Positions 42,513-53,786 of a stretch of DNA of 64,000 bases are shown piece after piece (position 1 is the first letter of the stretch; every line of letters starts with the position of its first letter). This DNA comes from Tetramitus jugosus (taxonomy: Eukaryota; Protista; Heterolobosea). The position numbers were made by a program, and so were the translations under genes. Under the pieces are notes generated by a model. It was not told the DNA's origin, did not search any database, and worked only from the letters and a program-made list of their open reading frames with translations. The stretch lies in assembly GCA_937625935.1 (NCBI GenBank), contig OW569383.1, positions 1 through 64,000 on the forward strand, given 5' to 3'.

Positions 42513-44540
42513 ATGTCACAAGAAGCAGACGAACGGTTGGAGCAAATGCTCCAAAAGTACAAGAATACCAAGAACAACTTGCCCAAAGTTGACCTAAAGG
42601 ACTGTCAACTCACAGAGTTACCTGTCGTTCTACGATCGGAACAAGAGAGCCAATTCTATCGCAAAGTGATCAAATTGAACCTTGCAAACAATCCTCTATT
42701 GTTTTCAAGCTCTTCATTTTGCATTTCTCATCTCAAGGACTCATTAAGTGAACTGTGTCTGGCTTCGAATCAATTGGATCATGTGCCTGAAGGTCTTGGA
42801 GAGTTTAGTAAGTTGAAATCACTCAATCTGATGAATAATAACATTACAGAGCTCCCCGATTGGTTTTTTGATGCTTCCAAGTGTCATTTTCAACAAACGT
42901 TGACCATTTTGACATTGGAGAGAAATGCTATTGAAGTGATACCTGCTCAGATTTCACAATTTACTGCATTGGAGGTTCTTCAATTACACAAGAACAAGAT
43001 CAAGAGTCTACCATACAGTATTACACAACTACAGCAGCTCAAAGACATTACAATTAGCCACAATCCATTGAAAAAGGACGCATTGGAAAGATTGGATGAC
43101 GAACCAGAGTCTACTGGTGAAGAGAAGGAGCTCTACTTGTTTACAAAGTTGAAAAATATGAAATTCTTTTCGATTAATGGAGCTTCGAACATTAAGCGCC
43201 TACCAAACGAGATTTGTAATTGGAAGAAATTGGAGTTCCTAAACGCATACAACTGTTCGCTGAATTATGTGCCTCTTTACCTGATTGTAGAGAATATGAA
43301 AAATTTGAGACACTTGGTACTCAAGGGCAACAATTTGGGAGATGATACGTTTATTGATCCAAGAACACACAAGTACGTTGATTTATCAGTATTGAAGAAC
43401 TTGACTGAAATCGAGATTCGAAAGAATAATAATATGACACATTTGCCACCGTATTTGCACAAGGGCGTAGTGAGACAAACACTACCAAGATTGAAAAAGT
43501 TTAGACATTCATTCGCAGAGTGCATCATTCCAAAGAAGCTCTTTATTGGAGATAAGCACAGTGTACAAAAAGCAAAGCACATGCGAGACTTGGGCATTAC
43601 TCATATTTTATCTGTTATCGATAACGAAAACCTTCCATCATTGCCCTCTCCGAACATTAAGCGCCTGCATATTGATGTTTTGGATGAAACGAGTGTAGAT
43701 TTGTCAATCCATTTTGATAGAGCCGTGCAATTCATCGAAGAAGCTCTCATGGAACCAGACAGTGCTGTTCTGGTTCATTGTGTCGTTGGAAAATCAAGAT
43801 CAGCATCATGTGTCCTTGCCTATTTGATGAAAACATATTCATTGACCTATCCCCAATCGTTTGCAGTGGTGGACAGCATCAGAAGCGGAGGTATTGCTCC
43901 CAACGAATCCTTTGTTTCTCAGTTGCGCCTCTATGAGTCCAGATTAACCACCTCCGAAAACACAGTTACAATGAGCGAGTCTGACATTGAGAATGGAGAT
44001 TACCACGGCAATACAATGATTCAAAGTGTAATAAGATGCGGAAACATCTCCCCAAAGATCATTGAAGCTCTTGATACCATTTATCGTCAATCACTGACAG
44101 CTGTGAAACCCTTCCTGGATGCCAGAGAAGAAATGGCGAAACCAAAAGAAGTTGCCTCGCCACAACTCATCGAAGAATTCAAAATGGTTCTGCTTGTGCG
44201 CGATGACCTCAACATGACAAAAGGAAAGGTGACTTCTCAGTGCTGTCATGCCACTCTGGGTGCATACCGAAGTGTTGTTCAAAGCAACAATGAACAGCAG
44301 TTGGAGTGGTTGAAACAATGGGAGAGCATTCAAGAAACCAAGGTCGGATTGAGAGTCAAGGATGCCTACGAATTGGAAGAATTGATACAAAAGGCATCTA
44401 ATCTCGGACTAAACACCTTCCAAGTGGTAGACAAGGGCAGAACAACACAAGTCGACTCGGGCAGCGTGACAGCAGCTGCCATTGGCCCGGCTCCTTCATC
44501 CCTGATTGACCAAATTACAAAATCCTTAAAATTAATTTAA
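42513..44540 (+). CDS. LRR - dual-specificity phosphatase - peptidyl-tRNA hydrolase 2 (PTH2) fusion
   Basis: LxxLxLxxN repeats; HCVVGKSRSAS and IAPNESFVSQL; KMVLLVRDDLNMTKGKVTSQCCHA..DKGRTTQV..IGPAP. Confidence 0.88.
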   Translation: MSQEADERLEQMLQKYKNTKNNLPKVDLKDCQLTELPVVLRSEQESQFYRKVIKLNLANNPLLFSSSSFCISHLKDSLSELCLASNQLDHVPEGLGEFSKLKSLNLMNNNITELPDWFFDASKCHFQQTLTILTLERNAIEVIPAQISQFTALEVLQLHKNKIKSLPYSITQLQQLKDITISHNPLKKDALERLDDEPESTGEEKELYLFTKLKNMKFFSINGASNIKRLPNEICNWKKLEFLNAYNCSLNYVPLYLIVENMKNLRHLVLKGNNLGDDTFIDPRTHKYVDLSVLKNLTEIEIRKNNNMTHLPPYLHKGVVRQTLPRLKKFRHSFAECIIPKKLFIGDKHSVQKAKHMRDLGITHILSVIDNENLPSLPSPNIKRLHIDVLDETSVDLSIHFDRAVQFIEEALMEPDSAVLVHCVVGKSRSASCVLAYLMKTYSLTYPQSFAVVDSIRSGGIAPNESFVSQLRLYESRLTTSENTVTMSESDIENGDYHGNTMIQSVIRCGNISPKIIEALDTIYRQSLTAVKPFLDAREEMAKPKEVASPQLIEEFKMVLLVRDDLNMTKGKVTSQCCHATLGAYRSVVQSNNEQQLEWLKQWESIQETKVGLRVKDAYELEELIQKASNLGLNTFQVVDKGRTTQVDSGSVTAAAIGPAPSSLIDQITKSLKLI

Positions 44541-44598
44541 CATGAAACAATCACAACACTCCAAACTCTCTGAATCTGATTCCAAATATTTATTTTCT

Positions 44599-45840
44599 TC
44601 AATCAAAATAAAACCTTGAGATATCAGTGATGAGACCGTTGGTCTCCCGATGAAACACGTACTGCGTGTAAGCAATCTTTGAGTTGAGAATAGAATTGGG
44701 ATCTTCTGGCCGATAACCCTTCCGTATCAGTCCCACATCCCTCAGTCCAGCAATCTCCGTATGAAACAACATGTTTTTCAAATGAAAATCCAACGATTTT
44801 TGAAACGACGACGGATGAAACAGTCGCGGGAAAGATAAATTGGGTATATCATCCGCGGACAATCCCAACTCACTCCTCAATCGATTACTCATGAACAAAA
44901 TTTCACTCTTTGCATTGGAACAGATGAATCCTTTCCACTTGTACGAAAAGGGAACATTTTCACAGTTGGACGGTAATTCTAACCATCGACTCAACTGAAT
45001 GAGAGCTTGTTGCTTCACGTGCTCCACATTATCATAATCTGATATATCAAGTGACAATGGATCAATCATTGGTACACTATCATTACCACCACCAGTACTA
45101 CTACTACTACTACTACTACTACTATTACGCTTATTATTGTTATTACTCATATTATTATTATTATTGTTATTGTTGTTTTGAGTGATATAATGATTGGTTG
45201 TTGGTATGGCAGTAGTAGTAGTAGTAGTAGTTGATGATGATGATGATGTAGGTGTAGGTGTGAGAGAAGTAGAACAATCAGCATAGTTTCTAGTTGGACT
45301 CGTCGTCGTTGTCGTCGTCGTCGTATACACCACTGATTGACCACTATTTTGATGACTATGAATATTCAAATGATTCATGTCATGATACTTTATCTGATTA
45401 TTGTTGTGATAGCTCATATGATGAGGATTGAGATTGTTCATAATGGATGTTGATGTAGGTACTGCTGTTGTTGTTGTTGGTGTGATTGGTGTGATTGGTA
45501 TTGTCATATTGGTTGGATTGGGTACTACTCTATAGTTGTTATTATTACTATTATTATTATTATTATTATTGTTATTGTTTGGAACTTGTGATGATGAATG
45601 CAAGTAGGAGAGAATGGATGGTTGACTACTGGTGAGTGGAGTAGTAGTAGTAGTAGTGGTAGTAGGTGCCAATGGTGGAGTAGCTGTTGTATCCAACAAC
45701 AATTGAGATGACAAGAGAAAATCATCACCTTCGTCGTCACCATTCAAAAAATCTTCAATGGTCATATCTTCGTCCTCACTGAATAGTTCATGATGATGAT
45801 GATGATGGTTCAATAGAGGATGTTGATTATTATGGTTCAT
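44599..45840 (-). CDS. N/T/S/H homopolymer-rich protein with a C-terminal PAS-like domain
   Basis: 413-aa ORF; GFICSN..ILFMSNRLRSELGLS..LFHPSS resembles a PAS fold. Confidence 0.6.
   Translation of the reverse strand: MNHNNQHPLLNHHHHHHELFSEDEDMTIEDFLNGDDEGDDFLLSSQLLLDTTATPPLAPTTTTTTTTPLTSSQPSILSYLHSSSQVPNNNNNNNNNNSNNNNYRVVPNPTNMTIPITPITPTTTTAVPTSTSIMNNLNPHHMSYHNNNQIKYHDMNHLNIHSHQNSGQSVVYTTTTTTTTSPTRNYADCSTSLTPTPTSSSSSTTTTTTTAIPTTNHYITQNNNNNNNNNMSNNNNKRNSSSSSSSSSTGGGNDSVPMIDPLSLDISDYDNVEHVKQQALIQLSRWLELPSNCENVPFSYKWKGFICSNAKSEILFMSNRLRSELGLSADDIPNLSFPRLFHPSSFQKSLDFHLKNMLFHTEIAGLRDVGLIRKGYRPEDPNSILNSKIAYTQYVFHRETNGLITDISRFYFD
45093..45240. repeat. Trinucleotide microsatellites (CTA/TTA/GTA) encoding poly-S/N/T
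   Basis: Visible tandem triplets inside ORF 44599-45840; more at 45536-45578. Confidence 0.85.
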
Positions 45841-46064
45841 GTTATATTGGTGTGTGTGTGTGTGGTGTTGTTGTTCGTGTTGTTGTTTTTTATGTGAATG
45901 GAATGGTGGTGGTGTGAATCATTGTTCGAATACAAGTGCGTAAATGGGAAGTGCGCGGCATTTGTGTTATTTTGGGTGTTAGCTGAATTGCGGAAGAGCG
46001 AAAGAGTCGCTGCACTCACCGGAGATTTTACACTACGGCTCGCTCAGAAAAAAAAAGGGCGGAC

Positions 46065-46640
46065 TTACCTGTTTTGAAATATCAATCCACTGCTTATTTG
46101 GTCAAATGAAAAGGGAAATGGATTTTGTTGGCAAAGTCCTTCTGGGGCTGTTGGATCGAACGGTTGTGGCAACGAGGCATCATGACCGAATAGCCACGGG
46201 GAACGTTCACCTCCACTCGAATGATCATAATGATGATTAGCTTTGAATTTTTTCTTTTGATGAGAGGAGTCAATTGCTGATTGTTGCTGTTGTGGGTATT
46301 GTTGGTATTGTTGATGATGATGATGTAATTGTTGTTGGAACGAGGCAGAAGAAGGTGTCATACCCAGCATATTCATGATTGAGGATGTTGGTGAGGTGGG
46401 ATCTACCATCTGAGTGGGGAAACTTCGCTTGTGGTGATTCGCTGCTGACGGTGACGACGATGATGTCACAGGGTTGTTGGGAACGACGACGCTGGGGAAG
46501 TTGTGATGGTTATTATTATTGTTTGGTGGTGGTGGTTGTGGCATGTGTTGCAAGTTGGATTGTTTGGTTTCGTTACAACTGGGATTGTTGGTGTTGTTCG
46601 GGGGGAACAAGAAATCTTGGTTGGGGTGGTGCTGATCCAT
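46065..46640 (-). CDS. Low-complexity N/Q/H/S-rich protein, probably a first exon (donor GTAAGT at 46068)
   Basis: 191-aa ATG ORF with KKKFK NLS-like motif; downstream exon not resolved. Confidence 0.5.
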   Translation of the reverse strand: MDQHHPNQDFLFPPNNTNNPSCNETKQSNLQHMPQPPPPNNNNNHHNFPSVVVPNNPVTSSSSPSAANHHKRSFPTQMVDPTSPTSSIMNMLGMTPSSASFQQQLHHHHQQYQQYPQQQQSAIDSSHQKKKFKANHHYDHSSGGERSPWLFGHDASLPQPFDPTAPEGLCQQNPFPFSFDQISSGLIFQNR

Positions 46641-46997
46641 TGGAAAGTGAAAAGAGAGAATTTCCGGCTTTGGTAGTTAGAGTGAAGACTGATGAGGCGG
46701 AATTAGAAGAGAGTTCCAATGTGCAGAGAAAATGACCCCTTGAGTAAAAAAAATAGAGTTTCCAAAGGTGAGAGCACAAAACGTTTCGTTTTATGTTTGT
46801 TGTGTTGTTGAGTGGTTGTCGTACTTTTCAACTCTTGTTGTGGACGCTTGGGTGATGATGCGTGGCAGTGTGCAGAAACAGTGAACTCGAGATGGTGACC
46901 TCAATTATATTTGATTGATCTCTCACGAGGTAGGCCAACGAACGAATCCTCATGATGGGATTCACAATAAAAAAAGGAGTGTTGACCCTATCAAATA

Positions 46998-49900
46998 TCA
47001 GTTGGACGCATTGGGAAATAATTCCGAGGCGACCTTTTGTTGGGCTTTTTGTTCAAGGAGAATAAAATTGCTTGGACCTGTTTGCTTGCAGAGTTGGTGG
47101 AATTGGGTGCTCTCATTGGAGATGAGAGTCGCTGGACTATCGAATTCGACCAAATTTCCCGAGTCAAGAAGCATCACCTTGTCACAATCTATGACTGTGT
47201 TTAGTCTGTGAGCTACTATCAAAACGGTTCGGTCCGCAAATTCGTTTTTCACGGTGTGTTGAATCACCTCATCTGTCTCTGGGTCAACATTCGCTGTCGC
47301 TTCATCCATGACGAGAATTTTAGTTTGTTTCAGAATTGCTCGAGCCATGCAAAACAGTTGTCTCTGACCGACTGAGAAGTTTTCTCCAAACTCTGACACT
47401 TCTGCTGAAAGTTGCAAAGGTAAATTTTCCACAACGTCCTTCATACAAACACGGTTTAGAGCTTGCCAGATATCTCGATCTGAATAGGTGTTGAATGGAT
47501 CGAGGTTGAATCGAACTGTGCCACTGAACAAAACTGGATCTTGCGGAATGATAGAGATTTTGGATCTGAGATCAAACAAACCCAAAGTAGAGATATCAAT
47601 ACCGTCAATCTCAATAGATCCCGATGATAACTCACTCAGTCGGAACAGAGTTGACATCAGACTACTCTTGCCAGAAGCTGTTCGTCCCACGATACCGATC
47701 TTCTCGCAACTTGAAATGTTACAGCTCAAACCTTTCAATACGTCGTCCAAGTCGGGCCTATATCTCATACTGATGTTGTTCATTGTGATGTTGCCATCGG
47801 ATGGCCACGATTCCTCAGGTTTAGATTCGGTTTCATAGGCAGCTTCTTGCTCAATATCTTCACAATAGTAAGCCAATCGTTCCACACTATTCATCGCGGA
47901 TTCACTGTCAGCAAAAAATCGAACTGTCCAATTCAAGAAGGATGTAATCTGCAGTGTGGTCGTTAGAACTAGTCCTGATAAGCTACCATCCATTGAAATA
48001 ATCGATATAGATCTACCCAAAATACAAAACACAGCGATCGATATAGTAATAGCTGAACCAATGAGTTCCAATCTCATAGACAACCAGCGCTGACTACTTA
48101 GTTGACAAAAGTGCGCTCTGTTGTTTTCGTCAAGCTTTTGGTAATTGTTCCCTTTGAACCACTCAGATCTATTGTACGCTCGTATGGTGTTAATTCCAGT
48201 GAGTGATTCACTAAAATAGGCATACAGAGGAGAACGAGAGAGAGAATCTAATCGTTTCAGTTCTCTGCTTGTTCTCCTGAAATAATCTTGAAGAAAATAG
48301 TAGAATATGATGATGGGAATGAGTGGAAAGAAAAACATTGGAACCATAATCAGCAACATCAACAACACGCCAACAACCTGTATAGAGCACATAAATGTTC
48401 CTTTCAACGATTGAATCAAAAATGTATCAGTACTCTCAATGTCTTTCGAAAATCGACTGATGATTCGACCAGTAGGTGTAGTATCAAAGAACCGGGTAGG
48501 TGCATGGACTACATGATTCAATGCGACAGTGTGCAAATTTGTTGAAGCTCGCAATCCAATAAACGAGAACAATAGTTCCCTGAAGAACTGCAATATCGCA
48601 GCTGCAAGACCCAAGATCATATAAATCCCGAGATAGAATGATAGAGAGCGACCAGTGGGAGTGTTGGTTGATTGTTGACTCCAGTATGCGAGCCAATATG
48701 TATTCGACATCAGAAAAGCTTGACATAGGACATACAATAGGGCTATGGCAAATAAATAGCTGTAACCGCCTGAATACTTCGCGTAGGTCTTGTAGACACT
48801 GAGTTGTACAATTCCTTTCACTCGTTCTTCAGCATCAATCAACTTGCCAGAGGTATCACTTGGTTTAACAGAATTCTTCGGTTCTTTCACTTCAATAGGT
48901 TCAATCTCAGGTTCTATATCAGTTTTAGAAACGGATAATAGTTCAGGGAAATTGTTTTCGATCGAAATATCACTATATGTTCCAGCTTGAATAATTTGCC
49001 CACCTTTCATGACAAGAATTTGTTCACAGTGACTTATGTACTGAAGCTGATGCGTAACGAATACTCTAGTTTTTCCTGACAAGTAATTGTTAATACAATT
49101 CTCGAAGATAAAGCCTCCAACACCTGCATCCACTGCTGACAGAACATCATCTAGGAAATATATGTCAGCATCAGAATAAACCGCTCTGGCCAAGCTAATT
49201 CGTTGCTTTTGTCCACCTGATAAGTTAATTCCTTTTTCTCCAATTTCAGTTAACTCACCAGCAGGAAGAATATTAAGATCATGCTCCAAAGCACAGATGC
49301 GAAGTACTTCTCGATACTTTTTCTCGTCAAAGGGTCGACCAAATAAAATATTATCTTTCACACTACAATTCTGAATCCATGCTTGTTGAGGACAATAAGC
49401 AATTCTACCAGAAACATGCGAGGAGCCTTTCGTTTGATGCATTTCTCCCAACAGTGCATGGATTAGACTACTCTTTCCGGCACCTACTTGTCCAATAACT
49501 GCAATCATACTTCCTTTCTTGACCGACACATTGATATCGGAGAGGCAAATATCGGAATGGCTCTCTTCTTCCACTTCCGGCTCTTCTTCAAGTTCAACTT
49601 CTTCTGGGAGTGTTGAATAAGGCTCATCACCAACACCAGATGATGATTTCTTCTTCTTCTTTGAGTGTGTGTCATCTTTCATATGATCTGTAATGTTTGC
49701 TGATCTCCACTTATAATATCCACCGCTTATTTGAACTGCAGCATCACTATTTGCTTCCGTACTTACGTGTTCCACTTCCTCTGCTGTCAAAAACTGCTGT
49801 AATCGATGCAATGAAACTCTACCCTCAACCAAAGTCGACAACAGATTTGGAAATAGTGCCAAAGGTAGTCGAAGTTGATTCAAGTATCCAAGTGCAGGGA

Positions 49901-51190
49901 AAATAATCGAAGGTGTCAATTGGTTACCCATCAGAGCATAAGCCCCAAACGTAAAGAGAGCGACAAACAACGGCGTCGTATGCACAACACAGCTGCTCAG
50001 CGTGTTCACAAACTGTGAGTACTTCATCTTATTCATTTCGCTATTTCGATACTCAAAAACCCGCTGCAAAAAAGAATTCTCCCACGCATAGAACTTAATG
50101 ATACGAATGCCCATCAAAATCTCATTAATGATTTGAATGCGTTGTCCAGACAGTTTCATAATGGAACTCCTCAATTTTTGCGTAATCTTTGCTGCAATGC
50201 TCTGGATTGGTATCGATACAAGCATAATTACCACACCAGCAATCATCGAAACACCAATGAAATAGTAGAGAAAACCCATGCAAACAACGACTTGGAATAT
50301 GGTCGACCATAGCTGGTGAAAATAAATAACAACATCACTAACTTTCTGCGCATCCGTACTCATGAAGTTTACAATATCACCGGAGCTAATGTCTCTATTC
50401 GAAGACAACCGCAATGATTTGTTATAGATGAATGCTCTCAGTGCTGTTCGAACTCTCATACCTTGACACGCTACCAATTGAATATAATTGTTCAACAGCA
50501 GTGATCCAGTAACACTCAACAAGAGCAAAGCAAGAATATAGATCCAACCTAGCCATGCTTCATATTCCTCCGGTTTTGATATGTAATCAATAATGAGTTT
50601 CATAATGTAGGGAGAGGCCAATTGACAAGCATCTTGAGTCAGTCTCAACAAACAATAAAAGTAGAACTTGATTCCCAGGAATGAATGAATCGTGGTAAAC
50701 AGAGATGGATGAGGCTTGTTTTGGGAGTTCCAATGCTTTGTAAGCTCTTGAGTCAGCAATTGAGAGTCATCACAGGGTCGAATGCGATACAAGTCTGATG
50801 TTTCCAGTGGTCTCTTGTAACCTGTTTGAATCAATGGATTTAACCACCAACTAATAAATTACGAATATGTTAAATTTTTTTTGACAATCATCGAAAAAGC
50901 ACATAGGAATGAAAATTGCCATCTCACACAGATGTGAGATGATGATGCCTGAGCTCAGTCACTACTTACAAGGTATATTTGCTCAAAATATTCGCATGGA
51001 TCTCAGGACAGATTTCACCCTGTTGCTTTGCTGATTCATTCTCTTCTTCAGAAGATTCAACATTCACCATGATAATGTTTTCTTCAAGTCTTGATGATGT
51101 TGTTCTCTCCAATTCACTTACTTGGTTCTCAGAATTCCTTCTTTCTCGCACGAACTTCCTCCAACCGAGATGACATTGGGGTCGCTGCAT
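46998..51190 (-). CDS. ABCC/MRP-family ABC transporter; intron 50851-50969
   Basis: Two TMD-NBD halves, GQVGAGKSS, LSGGQKQR, FSVGQRQ, MDEAT; splicing restores SKYTFWWLNPLI; start at ATG 51190 or 51070. Confidence 0.95.
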
Positions 51191-51304
51191 CGGAGTGTGT
51201 TTGGTGGCGAAAGGAAAAAAGAACGCGAAAGCAATTTTTAATCACATTCCGATCGGACACTCGGGAATGTCCCGCTATGGAGCTTCCACCTGCATTCATT
51301 ACAA

Positions 51305-53227
51305 TTATACCAAGTAGCTGCTTATGTCATCTAAACTATTACACGACAGTAACTGGCACAGTATAGTAAGGATAGAACCCAGTTGGGGGAGTGCAGGTTC
51401 TGCAAGATCAAACTCATGAGAATGGATCGATAGTAGACCTACTAACTCGTTAATACTTTGGGTGTGGTCTGTCTCCAAGTTCTTTTTCACAAACAGAATA
51501 TGGCTTGCTCGAGGTAAGATGTGATACTGAATGCACATGAGGATAACGGAAAAGTAGTTGAATCTGTCCTCAGCGTCCTTCAGATTGAACATGTCTTCTC
51601 CAGGTATCACTTTTCTGCTGCTGTGATCCTGCTTCCGTAGTAAGCACACTTCGTATTGTTGCCCATTCATTATTGACTTTATGGAGTTTTGTTCCTCTAG
51701 GATCATAGTGACTGATTCTTCTCCATTGCTTGTAGGAATTGTAAAGGACTTACAGCAGTGATAATTCGTCGAAGAGTAAGGTATCTGAGGGAAGTAATCC
51801 GTAATTAAGTTAAATACCGATGGCTCTAACTCGCTTCTAACAGCTCTGTCGTCAGGTAAGTATTGTTTAAGAAACTTCATCACCTTTGCTGATCGATAGG
51901 AATCAGCTATATTGTAGATGTTACAACCATTAATGTCCATCATCTTAAAGATTGAATAGTGATCTCCCAACTTCAAATGATCAAAGTATCTCCCATAGAC
52001 TGCAAACAGAAACGAAACTATTTTACAATTGTCCACTGCACAAGCTAAATGAAGGATAGTCCTCTCAAAGTTATCTCTCTCGATTAAATATTTCCTGGGG
52101 TCGTTCGCTACTAAATCTTTCACAAAATCTAGATCTTTCCTCCAAATAGCTTCGAAACATAGATTTTGGTTCAGAGGATTCGAGATAATGTCCAACTTTT
52201 GATCTTTCACTAGAGGAAGAGTGCGATCGACGGCAGTATACGTGAAGGTAATAATGTTCGTGTTGTTCACACCAAGTCTACAATAGTCTTCAAGGACAAT
52301 CTGACCCTGCATTGGCTGTGATACCTTTGGAAAGATACATCGAATAGAATGTTTAGTGATCGAAATTACTTGTGCTTTCAAAAGTATCCCATGGGTTTGT
52401 ATCCCTACTCCTATTTGATCTGGATGCAATATCCTAGAGCAGTTAGAGACGTGAAGAAGAGCACTCGTTGATTCATCAAAGGGAGCTTGTTTTGGATACA
52501 CACTGTCAATCTTGATAGGGTTTGATATCCAATCCTTCTTCAGCTTTTTCTTCCCAGATAACTCCAGATACGTACACATACTCTTATCTAGAACATTCTT
52601 GTTGTCAAAATGAACTTGAGCAATTCGGTTCATGTCATTCGAACTAATAGACTGACGGAAGGTTTGTTTGACATGTTTCTCTACTTGTAATTTCTTTTGA
52701 ATTTTGACGAGTTCTTGTTCTCTCTTCGAAAGGAGGTGTATCTTGTATTGGAGTGATCCATCTACGCTCTTCTTTTCATTGTGACACGAGAGCTCAAACT
52801 TGAGAATATGAATACCATTCAACAGAGAGCTTATTTGTGATTCAAGAGACACATTATCATGATGGGGACAATCTCTTAGATGTTGACAGGTCCTTCGAAT
52901 AGTAGACGAAAGATTCATAACTTGAAAACTCTTCCTTGGATCATGATACTTGAGAAGCGAGTTTTGGTTCATTCTCTCATGCTTTTCACGAACTGATTTC
53001 TGTGAAGTCTTGTCATAGACATGTTGGACTTCATGGCAGTTCGATACTGGAAACAGATCACAACTCTTACAGAACGAAACGAGTTCGTGTCCACATGTCG
53101 AGCAAATATCTCCCAAACAGCTATAATTGTCAATGTGACAGAAGAGTATACAAGATGAATTAGGACAAAACACTATGCTTTTGACAATTTTTGAAATGAT
53201 AGGACTTGAGGATGCTCGAATGTTCAT
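51305..53227 (-). CDS. Cys-rich N-terminus, coiled coil, IPT/TIG-like domain and ankyrin repeats
   Basis: CPNSSC..CSTC..CKSC; PIKIDSVYPKQAP..IRCIFP..ITFTY; RDNFERTILHLAC..IVSFL. Confidence 0.6.
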   Translation of the reverse strand: MNIRASSSPIISKIVKSIVFCPNSSCILFCHIDNYSCLGDICSTCGHELVSFCKSCDLFPVSNCHEVQHVYDKTSQKSVREKHERMNQNSLLKYHDPRKSFQVMNLSSTIRRTCQHLRDCPHHDNVSLESQISSLLNGIHILKFELSCHNEKKSVDGSLQYKIHLLSKREQELVKIQKKLQVEKHVKQTFRQSISSNDMNRIAQVHFDNKNVLDKSMCTYLELSGKKKLKKDWISNPIKIDSVYPKQAPFDESTSALLHVSNCSRILHPDQIGVGIQTHGILLKAQVISITKHSIRCIFPKVSQPMQGQIVLEDYCRLGVNNTNIITFTYTAVDRTLPLVKDQKLDIISNPLNQNLCFEAIWRKDLDFVKDLVANDPRKYLIERDNFERTILHLACAVDNCKIVSFLFAVYGRYFDHLKLGDHYSIFKMMDINGCNIYNIADSYRSAKVMKFLKQYLPDDRAVRSELEPSVFNLITDYFPQIPYSSTNYHCCKSFTIPTSNGEESVTMILEEQNSIKSIMNGQQYEVCLLRKQDHSSRKVIPGEDMFNLKDAEDRFNYFSVILMCIQYHILPRASHILFVKKNLETDHTQSINELVGLLSIHSHEFDLAEPALPQLGSILTILCQLLSCNSLDDISSYLV

Positions 53228-53379
53228 CGTTGTGATCAATGTTTTTTCCCCCAACGATGCAAAAGATCCGTAGCTGACGAGCAACGGGCCATCAAGATAC
53301 CAGCTCGTTCACTACTCATACCTTCATTTCTGAAGCAAACAGCAAACAAAAAGAACGATACATAACATTGGTTATTTAT

Positions 53380-53661
53380 TTAGTGCTTGCTCAAAACAAC
53401 GCGCAACTCTTCACCATCCTTGTAATCATCGGCCGATGACACAAACTTGTTCAGTGTAGTATTGATAAACACAGGTCCATTTTCTTCATAACGCTTTCGT
53501 ATGGAGGCAACTTCATCTTCATCATACACATTTTCCAGAGCTTGTTCAACAAATTTGATACCAGTCAGTTTATTGACTTGTTTTTCAAGATCAGTCAATG
53601 TAGCATTCTCAAATTCAATAGGGTAACGTTTACCACTCATTGTGATGATTGTAAGTGTCAT
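53380..53661 (-). CDS. Small ubiquitin-like fold protein
   Basis: MTLTIITMSGKRYPIE..TLTDLEKQVNKLTGI..EQ..YKDGEELRVVL follows the ubiquitin pattern; no C-terminal GG. Confidence 0.6.
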   Translation of the reverse strand: MTLTIITMSGKRYPIEFENATLTDLEKQVNKLTGIKFVEQALENVYDEDEVASIRKRYEENGPVFINTTLNKFVSSADDYKDGEELRVVLSKH

Positions 53662-53786
53662 TGTCTCAACTCCTCTTTAATGTTCTTTGGTTTTTGTCAA
53701 AAAGCTTTTTGGATCAAACAAAGAGGTAGGAAAAATGATCTCATTTGTCCGAGAAGCAAGAAGAAGAACAATCGAGATCACAAACG

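Noticed and set aside
45837-46640. Joining ORF 46065-46640 to ORF 44599-45840 as one gene
   Set aside because: No AG acceptor found that keeps the frame open into ATG 45840
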